From NCBI RefSeq assembly GCF_009914755.1, contig NC_060927.1: a stretch of DNA of 64,000 nt; one strand, written 5' to 3'. Positions within the stretch are counted from its first letter, which is position 1, and the number at the start of each line of letters is the position of its first letter. The notes below the pieces were generated by a model. That model saw nothing but the letters and a program-made list of their open reading frames with translations, was not told the origin of the DNA and made no database searches. Both the position numbers and the translations under genes were made by a program. Below are positions 27,950 through 41,300 of this stretch, piece by piece. This DNA comes from the human T2T-CHM13v2.0 reference genome, Homo sapiens.

Positions 27950-28340
27950 GGATCCTTAACGCCAGCCTCATCACCTCCTGCTCTCTGAACTGGATGGAGT
28001 TCACTCTGGGTTGCATCATGCCGGCCACCTCATTGCTTCTGAAGCATATGCCAAACATGTTCCTGCCTCAGGGCCTTGGCACCTGCTGTTTCCTCCGCCT
28101 GGAATCTCTTCCCGCAGATAGCCACCATCTATCTTTTTCTCCACAACTCAAACTGTATCTCCAGAGAGGTTTCCTGGTTACCCACGCTGGCTTAAATGTG
28201 CCTGACCCGCCCCCATCCCTTCACTATCCTATCTGTCTTCATCACGGCAGGATCACTTTGGGAATGTGTCTTTTTACATATTTGTTTGCTTGTTTAAAGT
28301 CCAGATCTCTCAGGGGTACGGTGTGGCACCAAATAAAGGT
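27950..28340 (+). mobile_element. L2 fragment
   Basis: cctgcctcagggccttggcacctgctgtttcctccgcctggaa. Confidence 0.75.
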
Positions 28341-28589
28341 AGTAGTGGGTGGTGGCTGAAGGTCAATCCTGGTCTCTCCATAACAGAAAAAGCAGGGACC
28401 TCATCTCTGTTGCTCCCCGCAGCTCCTCAGAGCCCAGACTGGTGCCTGGAAATGAGAATCAGAATAACTGTGAACTCGGAAACAGGTGGGCAGTGACCCA
28501 AGTGTGGGCACCTTTGCTTTCTTGTTCAATAGAACACAAAGTGGCCATTTTTGGGGTAGGGAGTGCAGCAGGCTGGGCTTCCTTCTTCG

Positions 28590-28900
28590 AGTCTCAGTTT
28601 CTCCAGCTGTAAAATGTGAACAACTTTCTAACTAGCGTGTGTGCTGTGAGGAAGAAAGGTGAGGATGTATGTGGTGTGCCCAGCACTCTGTCTAGCACAC
28701 GGTAGGGCAGACATGCAGAGCTGCTGCCCATTTCCAGGTGGGGGGACCGTTCTTCACATTCCATATAGACGACCTCATTTCATCCTTCTAACACTGTGTG
28801 GTGTGGGGTGAGTCCTATACTAATCCCATTTTACAACTCGGCAAACTGAGCCCAGAGAGGTCAATGTCCAAAGACACCTGGCTCACGTGGGGTGGAACTG
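28590..28900. mobile_element. Two MIRs tail to tail
   Basis: ctcagtttctccagctgtaaaatg (+) and cccattttacaactcggcaaactgagcccagagagg (-). Confidence 0.7.
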
Positions 28901-29424
28901 ATATTCCACCCCAGAAATGTGTCCCCCTTGTCTAACCACTGCATGGCCCAGACTAGTAAGTGGCAGAGATGCCTTAATAGAGCAGGAATCCAGTCTGGCC
29001 CCAGAGGTACTGGGAGATCTTTGACCAGCCCATCTTCTCTACAGGCCTCTGTTTCCTCATCTGTAAAGCACACAACACACTCGTGTCATGTCCACTTTCA
29101 GGGGTTCTTGGGGGGAAGTGGGTTGAGTCTTTAGGAAGCTTCTGGCTGGAGGGGGACTGCAGCCCCCAACCCAGGATAATGGGGGAAGCAAAGAATGGAA
29201 AATGAAGACACTGGGAGGCAGGGCAAGGACCAGGGTCTGACTCAGGCACTCACCACGAGGTCACTGTGCTGCCCTCCCCTCTTCCACTCCCCCTGCCTAC
29301 CATGGCTTCCTCAGGGAGAAATGTCTCCATATCTGGCTCCTGGCTGCGCAAAGAATGGTGAGGGGCATTGGGCTGAGGTGGAAATGGCTCAAAACCCTGA
29401 CTCAGGACTCACAATGGCTTTGTC

Positions 29425-29900
29425 ATATTGGCAGGAATCATGCAAAGTGAATTTGACTAGGAATAAATGTCAATTCCAGCACTTGGGTCCAAAAAGCAAA
29501 CTGCACATGGCCAGGATAGGAAGATATGGCTTAGCACTGTTCATGGTGCTTAGGGGCTCAGCCCCGTGTGGCACATAAAAGCAAATGTGCCCAGAGGCCA
29601 CATTACCTAGGGCATAGAGCCTAGAAGGAGGGAGCTGATTGCTGCCTCCACCTCTGTACTCTTCAGAACCCCCTAAATGTTGCAGCTGGGATCCTTTACC
29701 GAAGGACAGGCATGGACTAGGTTGTGTCCAGTGGGTGTGGCCAGGCAGGAGAGACTTCACTTCGTGAGGGGCAATTGGAGGAGCTGGGTCACTCAGTTTG
29801 GAGAGGCAGCCTCAAGGGTCCTGGTCACTACCTCCTCCAGTGTTTGCAGGGCTGCCCTGAAAGGGCCGGAGGTGGGAGGAGCAGGAAACTATGTGGGCTG
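29425..29900 (+). mobile_element. L3/CR1 LINE fragment
   Basis: aataaatgtcaattccagcacttgggtccaaaaagcaaactgcac..ttggaggagctggg..tttggagagg. Confidence 0.65.
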
Positions 29901-30013
29901 GGACCCTCTATGTATAGGTGTCTGATACTGAAGGAAGCTGGGAGCTCTGCCTGAGCTCGTGCTTGTTCCTAGTCCTAGTTTCTTAGAGAAGGGATATCTA
30001 GGAAGACATGTAT

Positions 30014-30298
30014 TCCATCCATCCACCCACCCACCCACTCATCCACTTATTCAGCCACCTACCCACCTATTCACCCACCCACCTACCCATCCATTCATCT
30101 ATCCACCCACCCACCCACTCATCCACCTATCCACTCTCCTACCCACGTGTCTGTCCATCCATCTACCCATTCAGCCACCCACTGACCTACCTATCCATCA
30201 ACCCACCCACATATCCACTCACTTAGTCATCCATCCATTCAACCCACCCACCCAACTGTTTATCCATCCCTATCCATCTATTTATCCATCTAATATTT
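30014..30298. repeat. Degenerate (CCAT)/(CCAC)n simple repeat
   Basis: Seen directly; probably an expanded L2 tail. Confidence 0.9.
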
Positions 30299-30779
30299 AT
30301 CAAGACTTTGTACTAGCCTGGGGAGAGTGATGAAAATTGGCACCACCTCTGCCCTCACAAAGCACACCGTTGAGCTGGAGTGAAGACTAAACAAGCAATA
30401 ACACCTAGAAGGCAAGCACCTGACTGTGGAGGTGGAGAGGCGGCTTGCTGAGGAGGACTTTAGTTGTCAGTCAGCTAGGAGGGTGGGTGACATGACCTTG
30501 GGCTCTGTCAGTAGGAAGGGGCAGGTCATATGGGGGCCCTGACCTCAAGCTGTCGTTGGCCTTACAGACCCTGATTCCTAGCCCTGGAGGCCATCCAGAG
30601 CATCTCATCCAGGGAGCCGAGAGGTCCTTCCACCACCCCGCTGGGGTCCAGCGCAGCTGGGCCAGGAGAAGGGTGGTGCATCACTCCTGCGAGTCGAAGG
30701 CGAGACAGTGTGTGAATGGGGCCTGGACTGCCCAATTCCCTCTACCAAAGCAACTAGAACCTTCTTCTGCATTAGGTGA

Positions 30780-31307
30780 TGGGTACCTGCGTGAGCTGTC
30801 ATTTGAAGACAGGGTTCCAGAGCACAAACAAATTGGAGCCCCTGGTCCTCTCAGCTGGCATCTGTGGATTTGGCCTGCCTGGCGGGCCAGGCCAATCAGA
30901 GAAGAGAATGCCCTATTGGGCACAGTGATTGGGGCTCTGGCATGGTCACATGACATGAGACAAGCCAATAAGCATGGATCCTGAGATTCTGCTTGGCGTC
31001 TCCTGGGCTGTACTTCCTGCTTTGTGCTGGGATTGGGGCCATGCGGCTGTAAGTCCAGAGCTACTGCAGGCCTCTTGCCACTGTGGGGAACCCAGCCTAG
31101 GATGAAGCACAGGAATGGAAACAGCTGAAAGAAGCAAGACACAGGGTCCTGACCACATCTGTTGGAGCCTGGATCCAACCTTGCCTGGATCTGCAACCAC
31201 TACTGAGCTTTTCATGTACTTGGTGCCAATATATTCCATGTCTCCATTTTTAAAAGTAAATTTGAGTTGGATGTCCTTTTGCAACTAAAACAATCCTGAC
31301 CTATATA
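30780..31307 (+). mobile_element. Old ERVL/MaLR LTR
   Basis: cagtgattgg..ggtcacatgac..gagcctggatccaaccttgcctg..tttgagttgg..aatcctgacctata. Confidence 0.6.
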
Positions 31308-32889
31308 TTCTTTGGCATTGTCCCTGTAGAGAAAACTGAGACCCACAGAGGGAAAGTGACTTGCCCAAAGTCATCCAGTGAACTGGTAACAGACCCAGCC
31401 AGAAGTCTCCTGCCTGTAGCCAGCACTCACTTCCCACGGTTTCCCATGCTTTAACCTGGACAGTATGGCTTCTGGGAAGCATAAGCCAGGAGGGGGCAAG
31501 GAGCCCCCTGCTTGGGCAGGGAAGGGTGAGCCAGTTCTTCCACCCCTGCAGCAGGGGTCCTGTCTCTGCCATGGCGGCACCTGTGGGCAAGGAGGGAGCC
31601 AGCACAGTCAGAAATGAGCTCAGTGGTGAAGGCGTCTTCCCACCACTGCAGAACCCAGAGCTCCATATCGGAGGTGTGTCAGTGCCCAGCTTATGCTGAA
31701 ATTCAGCTATTCATGGAGCCGCAGAGTTCCAGGGGGTCCCTTGGCATCTATGGTAGGTGGACTGGGAGAAGAACGACTACACTTTACGTCTTTTTTTTAA
31801 AAAAGTTTTCCTTGAATGGTTTTGCTTGAAAAATAAATAGGGGTTCAATTCTAATACATTGGGCTTGGGTCTACAGCCATTTTACAGAGAGGAAAACTGA
31901 GGCTCCATGCAGTCAGAACTTTGCCAAGGACTTCCAAGAGGGCAATACTGGCTCTGGGATTCTGATTTTCTCTCCCCTCCCACAGCCTTGGTGCGCTGGC
32001 TCGCCATGTGACAAAGGCAAGACCTCAGGCCCCCTTTGAGCTTCTGTGGGATGAGGTGGTCTCTAGGAGTGCACCAGGCTCACTCTCTGCATCCCCGGCC
32101 GCCTCCTGGGTTCTCCTGTCCTCATGGTTACCTTTAATGAAAAAAGAAGTCATTTCTGTCTTTACAGAAAGGACAGATGAATCAGAGGGTTGTTCAGCAA
32201 AGGGACTAATGTACTTCCCCAGCTGACTTCGTCATTCCTTTGTGCCTTGAATGAAATTCCTCTCCAGTACATGCCTTTCAGAAAAAAAGAGAACATGGTG
32301 CAAAGAATCCAGAGAGATGGATTGACCCTGATAATATCAAAGAGTTAATTTCTGAGCTCATTCCTAAGCTGTCAGGGGTCTGGAAGACTTTCTGGAAGCC
32401 ATAAATAATGCATTTTAATAAGGGGGACTTTGATTCCTCTCTGGGGGCTGAAACTGTATTGTGATTCAGGTGGCAACTTGTCAGGACGCCAACGTGGGGT
32501 TTCTCTGGCACTTATTAAGGGATTACATATTTTGGGCATGTGCAGGTCTTCATGGTCTACTGGAAAACCATCCTGCCAAAAATGTTTTTGACCTAAGGAA
32601 ATGGACTTTTAGTGGAAAACAACCCCCCTCTGTCTCAAGTTCATTGTTTATGAGTTTCACCCTGAATTTGATCGAAAGTGATTTTTTAATTATTTTCACC
32701 ATTCCTTTGGCGTTGTGGCGGCTGTATGACTCAAAGATGACTCCAGTTTCCCACCTCATGGAGCCCCATGTCTAAGTTCACTGTGGATACTGGAATTCTG
32801 GTGTCCTGGGGACTGTAGAAACCCTGTCTTAGACAACCTTCAGGCTGAGTTCTGTCTGGACCAGGTTTAATCTGAAAGAAAACTCGGAA

Positions 32890-33000
32890 GACCCGGGTTC
32901 TAGCCTTTGCCATGAATTTGCTGTGTGATCTTGGGCAAGTCATTTAACATTTCTGGGCCACATCTCCTCCTCTGTGAAATAAGAACCTTAAGTCCAGTGA
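32890..33000 (+). mobile_element. MIR
   Basis: gctgtgtgatcttgggcaagtcatttaac. Confidence 0.75.
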
Positions 33001-33294
33001 CTCTGTGGATTGATGTTTTTTGAGGTTTGGAGAAGAGGCCGTTTTCTGTCCTATAAAATGGGGATAGTGACACTCTTCTCCACACAAGAGGTGCTTGGTT
33101 CCTTTTCAAATCAACAAATATTTGTTGAGTGCCAGCTGTATGTGCCGGATCCTGCTGCAGAAACTGAAGACAGAGACACAAACAAGGCAGACTGAGCTTA
33201 TAGCTGCCCCCAAAACCATAGGGCTTATGTGCTCATTCCAACATTTGTGTGTTTCTTTATTCTATAAAGGATGAAAAACAAAAATATAGGTAAC

Positions 33295-33750
33295 CTTGGT
33301 AGACATTGCTATTTAGCTAACCGATACCCATCTCCCCCTCTTCTCAGTAATAGGGCTCTGATTTTGTTCAGAGCTACCTATGCCCAGGTAAAAACATTTC
33401 TCAGCCTCCCTTGCAGCTAGAAGTGGACGTGGGACACAGCTGTAGCCAATGAATTCTAAGCAGATGTTGTTGAGAGAGGCTTCTGGGAAACTCATTTTGT
33501 TGTTTGTTCCCTGGCAATTATTTCCCTTTCTGCCTGGGATGTGGATGTGATGGCTGGAACTCTGTAGCTGCCTTATGAGCATGAGAAAGGGGCACACCTG
33601 AAATAAGGCAGAGGAGGGTGGAATGGAGCCCAAGTACTTGGGAATAGTGTAGAGTAGGTGTCTAGGTCTGGTCTGTGTACCTCCTGGCTTCTAGTTCTAT
33701 CATGTTTTAAGCCACTGTTATTTAGGTTTTCTATGCTATACAGCCCCGCA
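33295..33750 (+). mobile_element. MLT1K/J-like LTR
   Basis: cagcctcccttgcagctag..gatgtgatggctggaactc..tttaagccactgttattt. Confidence 0.75.
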
Positions 33751-33869
33751 GACATGCAATGGCAAACAAAAACTTCAGGGAAAGGCAAAATAAAAATCTA
33801 ACTAGAAATCAAGTCTGGGAAGGCCGTAGGAATGCACCCACATGGGTCACAGAATTCTGCATAGCTTTA

Positions 33870-34287
<418 letters not shown>

Positions 34288-34937
34288 GGAGGTGTTGAAA
34301 ATAGAGTTTCAGAGTTTCAGTTTTTCCTAGTACTCAGTCGTGCTACATCACAAACAGAATTTTCCCCAGTGTCTGGGCCCAGTACCCGGCAGAGAGTGGG
34401 CCCTGATCAATGTTTGTTAGGTGCTATTGTTGACTCTTCTGTTTATGTGGAATGTAAGTGGCCCCTCAAAACCCCCTTTGGATAAACCAAACTAATCTGA
34501 AGTACTTTTGTCATTGTGCATCCTCTATGTGCCCTTCCCACTGCAGGAACCACTTTCAGAGGTAAATTATCAAACTGGGCCTCCTACACCCCAATTCCTG
34601 TCCCCGCCAAAGGCATGCAGCCCACTGTCCAAGGCTCTGGGTCTGTCTCCCTCCCACCACCCCTGGCCAGCTTTGTCAGTTACCCCCCTCCTGGGTCTTG
34701 AACTCTCTCTCTCTACTGGCTTCTTCACTCAGCCTTTAAACATGTGTGAACAACATGCATCAGAAACATAAAGCCCTCCCTCACTTCCTTTCCCCATCCT
34801 GTTTCTTTTTCCCATTCACCACCAAACTTGCTAAATGAGTCCTCTATACTTGCTGCCTCAGCTTCTACGCCTCCCACTTTCTGGATTCATCGCCAAACTT
34901 GGAGAGGACTATTTGCAGACCTTATCCTACTTGAACT

Positions 34938-35600
34938 TCATTCATTCATTCATTATGCAAATCTCACTGACCACTTACTATAGGCCAGGCATCTTCTAGG
35001 CATGGGACACAACAATGAACAGAAAAGACACGTGGAGCTGCTTCCAGCTGCTAAATCGCCCAGTATTTACGCTATGGAGAGAAATAACTCAGGGCAGAGG
35101 ATGCAGAGTGCTGTGGGGAGGCAGGGGTGTCGTATGAGGTAGCTAGGGAAGACCTGTCTTTTCTGCTCATTGTTGGGATGGAGCTTTGCAAAATCTCCAG
35201 TGCCCACTGTCAGTGCAAAGTCCTGCAGGTGTAAATATGCTTGGCTTGTTTACAGAATAGTGAGGAGGGCAGTGTGGCTGAAACACAGTAGGGAGAGAGT
35301 AGGGGAATATGAAGTTGGAGAGGTGGGGTGGGAGGTGGCAGGTCTTCAGGGTGTTGAAGGTGGTGGTGAGGATTTTCGGGCTTACTCTAAGGGAGGTAGG
35401 AGCCACAGGGGTTGTGGGTTGTGGAGCGGAGGAGGAGTGTGACTTGGCTTAGGTTTTGCTAGGCTCCCTCTGGCTGCTGTGGGAGGACTGAGTGCAAGGA
35501 GTGAGGGAGGAAGCAGGAGGCTGAAGCTGCTTGAGGGGCTGGTGGTGTTGACTCAGGTGGGAGGTGGTGCTGGTGAGGGCGGCTCTGGATGCACTGTGAA
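34938..35600 (-). mobile_element. L2 3' end
   Basis: (ttca)n tail, ctataggccaggca..ggctccctctggctgctgtg. Confidence 0.75.
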
Positions 35601-35739
35601 GACAGCACCCAGGGCTCAGCGGTATTCCACGCAGGTACCCAGCCCTCCTTCTGGAAACCCTCTCTGCATTCATCTCCTGCCTTTCTCTGACCACTCCCTC
35701 TGCTCCCCGAGTCTCCATCAGGTGTCCACATCCCCAGGG

Positions 35740-36215
35740 CCCTGTCCTTAGTTCCTTCTCCACCCTCAGCTCCTCCTCCCCTCATCACCTCAGTAGCGCA
35801 GTCACCAACACCTGTCTGCTCCTCCCCTCTCCCTCCCTCCCAATTCCCTCACCTCCTTCCCACTCTGGCCTTACATAATCAGCCCCCCCGGCCTCCTCCT
35901 TGGCCTCCCTGCCTCCAGTCTCCTCCTGCCAACCTGTCCTGACCCACAGTTCACCCTGTAACTCAGCATCATCCTTTAAAGCCCTCCAGTGTTCCTCACC
36001 CCACCACCAGCCTGCAAGGGAAAGTCTGAACTCTGCCACTTGGCACTGAGCCGCCCTCACCCACCTCCAGCTCTGCCAGCAGCCTCACGCATCTACCACT
36101 CTCCATTCCTAGGTCGCAGCACTCGCCCCCCACCCCTGTGTCCTCAGCGCACTGCTCTCTTGGCCTGGAATGTTCTTTTGCATCTTGCCCGCCTGCAAAC
36201 TGACTCACCCTTGAA
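35740..36215 (+). mobile_element. L2 fragment
   Basis: ggcctccctgcctccagtctc..aaagccctccagtg..gcctggaatgttctt. Confidence 0.7.
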
Positions 36216-36219
36216 AGAG

Positions 36220-36690
36220 AATCACTTAGGATGCTTTTGGCTACAATAATCCGTCCACCAAGGACATTCATTTTTATCTTAAAGTAGCCTGGAGATGAGG
36301 GGGCAGACGAAGACATCAGGGACCCAGACTTTGCCGTCCTCCCATGCGGCTGCCCCGGTGTGTTGACTTTCCCCTTTGGGATGGTGCTTCATGGCCCCAA
36401 AATGGCTGTGAAAGCACCAGACATTGTAAAGCCAAAGCAGGAAGTGGGAGCGCAGGTTACAAAGGGGCTTTCTTTGGATGTGCTTCTCTGTTATCAGGGA
36501 GGACATGTTTTCCCAGAAGCCTCCAGCAGACTTCCCCTGATGTCACATGGTCACCCCTTGTCCCATTGCAGACAAATGATTATGGGCGTCATGATTGGCA
36601 TGGACAATCATCATTTGTTCCCTAGGACTATGCATTTTAGCCCCACAGGAAGGAGTGACTGTTGCATTGGACACCAAGCAAGTTTCTTGT
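36220..36690 (-). mobile_element. Old MaLR LTR (MLT1L-like)
   Basis: cttaggatgcttttggctaca..ccaaaatggctg..ttcccagaagcctccagcagacttccc. Confidence 0.65.
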
Positions 36691-36934
36691 GTGAAGCCTG
36701 CTCAAAGGCCCCCTCCCCTGTGACATCTTCCCCCTCCCCTGGAGTGTCCCGAGCCTGAACCCAGGGCTTAGCATTTCACAGCCCTTATCTCACAAATGTA
36801 TCCCTTAGCACTGTCGCCCCCATTTTACAGAGGAGGAAACTGAGGGTCACAGCTGGAAAGGATGGAAGCATACATCGGGGGTCAGAAGGGAGAGGGGACT
36901 GCCTGGGGTCTCCCACTGAATTTCTGCTGGAGAC

Positions 36935-37108
36935 AGGTTGGCCAATAGAACCTTCTGCAGTGATGAAAATGTTCCATGCTGCGCTGTTTGATATGGTAGA
37001 CTAGCCATATGGCCACTGAACACGTGGAATGTAGCTAGTGCAACTGAGGAGTGGGTTTTAAATTTAAACAGCCATATGTGGCTGGCGACCCTGTGTTGGC
37101 TGGTGCAA
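36935..37108 (+). mobile_element. MER3 (hAT-Charlie MITE)
   Basis: ccaatagaaccttctgcagtgatgaaaatgttc..gctagtgcaactgagga..aaatttaaacagccatatgtggct. Confidence 0.85.
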
Positions 37109-38519
37109 TGTTAGAGCCAGTACTGGAACTCTCAGTTCTTCAGTTGTAGCCCAAGGGTCCAGACCCCAGGCTGCAGGCAGAAGGTGGCCAGGCAGCAGAC
37201 AGATAGATGGCTTTAAAACGTGTGAGCGGAGTTTGCCACACCTTGGCCCTGGAGGGGGAGCCCCGACTGGGAACCTGTCACGAGAAATGCAATTATGGTC
37301 TTGGAAAGGGCTTGGCAGGGTTGGGAAATCATTCACCCACCCAGTCATCTACTGGAAATCATTCACCCTGAGAAAGAATGAGAAACAATGCCCTAGCAAT
37401 TTGTTCTGTTCAGATGCATTTGCCCGTGGAGCCCACTCCACCCAAGTGGCAGGTAGTGGGCCCTAGCCTCCCACCTAAGACTCAAACTAGTCCATCAAGG
37501 CCTGGGCTCTGGGAGTTAGGGCAGGGTGGAAGTCGAGAGGCAACATCCAGGCAGCCCCCTTATATTACTGGAGGGGAAACTGAGGCCCAGGTAGGGACAT
37601 GCCAGTGATAGAGGAGGTAGTACTTTAACCCATATGACATAGGGCTGGACACCTGTCAGAGTCCTCATGTGGCCTCTTCAGCACCCAATCCTGTCCTCAC
37701 CCCACTATGCAGTGATCATGACATATTGAAGGTGACTATCTTTACCTTAGCTCTACCATGAGCGAGCACTGCTTGGCCTGAACAAGGAGGCACAGTCTCA
37801 TTTCTTTTGTCAGAGTGATGGAGCCATAGTAAGTGTCTAAGCCAATCACTGCATGAGGACAGTCACCCTGAGGCAAAGCCAACATCCAAAGGGCTGTAGA
37901 GGAGAAAGAGTTGTAGAGAGACGAAGTTGGAGCCTTGATCAAACCATGCCTGAAACCATCTACTTTTGGAATGTTCTGTTATGTGATCTAATAAATTCCC
38001 CTTACAGTTTGGACTAGTTAAAATGGGTCTTCTGTGACTTGTCACGAAAGGCATCCTTCCTGATGTAATATCTGACATCCATTCTGTCATCTACTCCACA
38101 AATTCTCCTAAGATAGTAGCGACTATTCCTAAACTGTAGATGAAGAAGTCCAAAAAGTGACAGAGGTGTACCCCGGGTCACTCAGTCCATCAGGGGAAGA
38201 GGAACTGAAAAATTGCAACTGTGCCAGATCCTATCATTTTACTCCATTTTCACAACATGTCTGTGAGTCAGAAATTAGTGCCCTTTTTTACAGACAACAA
38301 AGAATACTGAGACTCAGAGATGAGAGGGGAGCTGCCCTACTTTGCATGATATTCCGGCAGGAGTAATGGGACCAGTTATTCTGAGCCCCAGTTTAGAGGG
38401 ATTAAAGAGCTCTGACAGTCACTTTTTTGCATGAGCTCCAACCAGCCAGTGTGAGTGTGACTGCTTTTAATTCCTTCTCTTGATCTTAAAGGACTTGGAT
38501 CTAAGAAGCTGGATGGGTG

Positions 38520-38853
38520 TTTTTCTTTTCTTTTTTCTTTTCTTTTCTTTCTTTCTTTTTTTTTTTTTTTGAGATGAAATCCCGCTCTGTAGCCCAGGCT
38601 GGAGTGCAGTGGCGTGATCTCAGCTCACTGCAACCTCTGCCTCCCAGGTCCAAGTGATTCTCTTGTCTCAGCCTCCTGAGTAGGTGGGATTACATGCGGC
38701 CGCCATCAACCCTGGCTAATTTTTTTGTATTTTTAGTAGAGATGGGGTTTCGCCATGTTGGCCTGGCTGGTCTCAAATTGCTTACCTCAGGTGATCTGCC
38801 TGCCTCGGCCTCCCAAAGTGCTGGGATTACAGGCATGAGCCGCTGCGCCTGGC
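38520..38853 (-). mobile_element. AluS
   Basis: Full antisense dimer, (CTTTT)/T tail, TSD gatgggtg(t/c)ttttc. Confidence 0.95.
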
Positions 38854-39302
38854 TGATGGGTGCTTTTCAATTGCAGCTGGATTTAGGTAGCTGTATCAGC
38901 AATTGCCATGTAACAAAACATCCCCCAAATCAGTAACAATAATTAAAAACAAAGTTAGAAAATAACCATCATTTATTGTTTACAAGTTCAAGTCTGCTGG
39001 TTGGTTCTTCTCATTGTCTTGAGGAAATGGGAATTCATTGAAGAGATAGTGGGAGAGCACAGAATCACTGGGGTCAGTTCAGAAGGTGGTCAGAAGATCC
39101 AGGTTAGCTGATGATGGACAAACTCTCCTCCACTGTGACACCAACTCTGAGTGCACTTCTAAGAATTGCTCACATGTGTGGGCACCAAGAGACACGTAAG
39201 CCTGCTTTCTCTGTCTGTAGCGGCTAAATCTGAAGACATCTGCATTAGTTAGCTATTGTTACATGACAAAACAACCCAAAACTTGCTTGCTTAAAACATA
39301 AA

Positions 39303-39578
39303 CATTTTTGGGAGGCTGAGGCGGGCGGATCACGAGGTCAGGAGATCCAGACCATCCTGGCTAACACGGTGAAACCCTGTCTCTACTAAAAATACAAAAA
39401 AAATAGCTGGGCGTGGTGGCGGATGCCTGTAGTCCCAGCTACTCAGGAGGCTGAGGCAGGAGAATGGCGTGAACCCAGGAGGTGGAGCTTGCACTGAGCT
39501 GAGATTGCGCCACTGCACTCCAGCCTGGGCGACAGGGCGAGACTCCTTCTCAAACAAACAAACAAACAAACAAAAACA
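39303..39578 (+). mobile_element. 5'-truncated AluY within an MLT1 fragment
   Basis: gatcacgaggtcaggagatc, ggctaacacggtg, gaatggcgtgaacc and ggagcttgca diagnostics; (CAAA)n tail. Confidence 0.9.
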
Positions 39579-39629
39579 ACCACTTTTGTTATTATGCTTG
39601 AATCTGTGGCTCATCTGGGCAGTTCTGTG

Positions 39630-39830
39630 GTAGTCATACTTTGGAATAACCATACAGCTATTAAAATGAATGAACTTGAGCTACCAAGGTCAGCATAGAT
39701 AAATCTCAAAAAATACAACACTGAGCCTGACTAAGCAAGGTGCAATTGATACCTCTGTATAAAATGCAAAATCAGTCAAAATAATACTGTGTATAATTCA
39801 CAGATATATGTCTACAGAGAGCAAAGGGAC
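39630..39830 (+). mobile_element. L1ME-type fragment
   Basis: atacagctattaaaatgaatgaact..catagataaatctcaaaa. Confidence 0.65.
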
Positions 39831-40849
39831 AGAAAAGTGAGGGGCTCAATCATCACTGAATCTGGCATTATGTTTACAAAAAAGGGACCAGTCTGAAGCG
39901 CTCTCTGGGGAGCTGGCAGGGACCATGTGGCCTTCCTCCAGCCTTCCTCAGTCTTCTAAAGCCTGTGGGTGGCTCTCTCAAGACCTAGAGTCCTGGGCTG
40001 GACATCTGGCCAGCTCAGCCCATATCCATGCCTGCATGGAGCTGCCATAGGGCAGAAAGCAGGGAGCTGGAGCCTTGGACTTCCATGGTGGGAGGGGAGT
40101 ACCTCTTTCTGCCAAGAGGACCCCTAGAATGGCAAAGGGGAGATTCTGAGAGACATCTGGGGGCTTGAAGAGAGAGATTGGATGCTGCCAGCTAAAAATC
40201 ACAGCCTTTCCCTTACCTAGATCAAATCCCCCTTTACTCTTCATATGCTCCTCCCTCAGGGCAACTCGGGGGGTCTCCTCCTCTCTGAAGCCCTCTGGGA
40301 TTTGCATTCTGATTCAGTACCTCCCTCTCTGGGGCTTTTCCAGAGCTTCTTTCCTTCGATTCCTCTCTTAGGGTTTCAAGAAACTTTAGCTGTGCAGCAC
40401 ACATGAAGTCTATTGTAAACAGAGTGTGGAAGAATGTAAGGGCTGAAAGACGATCTGGAGAGAAAGGACAGGTGGATGGAAGGAAGGATAGAAGCAGGCG
40501 GGCACCTCCATGAGGCTGAAGAGGCTGTGGCTTCACCCACCTGTATGCGCCCCCCACAGCTGCAGCACCCAGCAGGCCCTCAGTGAATTTTTTTGACTGG
40601 CTGGCTATGGAATTCCTTAGGGAAGATGGTGATAACGACAGTTCCCTGGTTTTCCTCCACGTTGACAATGACTGTCAATCAACTTTGTGTCTTTGGACAC
40701 TTTCCCTGGAGATTGCAGGTCTTGGCTGCAAGGGGCCCCCTCTCCCCAGCAGCTTCCTTCTCTACACACTGCATCTGTCTCCCTCCTCTCACTTTCAGGT
40801 GTACTCAGGTCTTCGCTCTGTCCACCCAGTCTTCCCGCTGCCACCCTCG

Positions 40850-41300
40850 CTGCTCAGGTTGCTTCCCTAGGAGCAGAGCCTGAGACAGGGGTTGGGTGCC
40901 TGTGGTTACTGATGGAGAGAAGCAGGTGAGGCGGAGGATGACACCAAGCAAGCATGAGGGTGCAGGAGAAGTCTAGACTCAGCCTGACCTCACGAGGGGT
41001 GCTGGGGGGTAAATGGCACCGCGGAGCTGAAGTCCAGTCCTACAGGATATTGTAACAGCTGCAGGCAGCCCTGGGGGTGCGAGTGGGATGATACATAAAG
41101 CTTCGTGGTATTTCCAGGTGCTTGTGGGTGCTTCTCCAGTAAAGCGTGGCTGTGAGTCAATGGTGGAGACCTTGGCAATGGCTGAGGGATGGGTGTACCT
41201 CCTGACAAGGGGGATCTGGGCTTGGCACCAACACCACCTGCTGCCTTCACCAGCCCGGCCACTCCCATACTCCTTGGGGACCTGGGCTAGACTTCTGTCC
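40850..41300 (-). mobile_element. Old ERVL LTR (LTR16-group-like)
   Basis: aggttgcttccctaggagcagagcctgagacaggggtt start. Confidence 0.5.
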
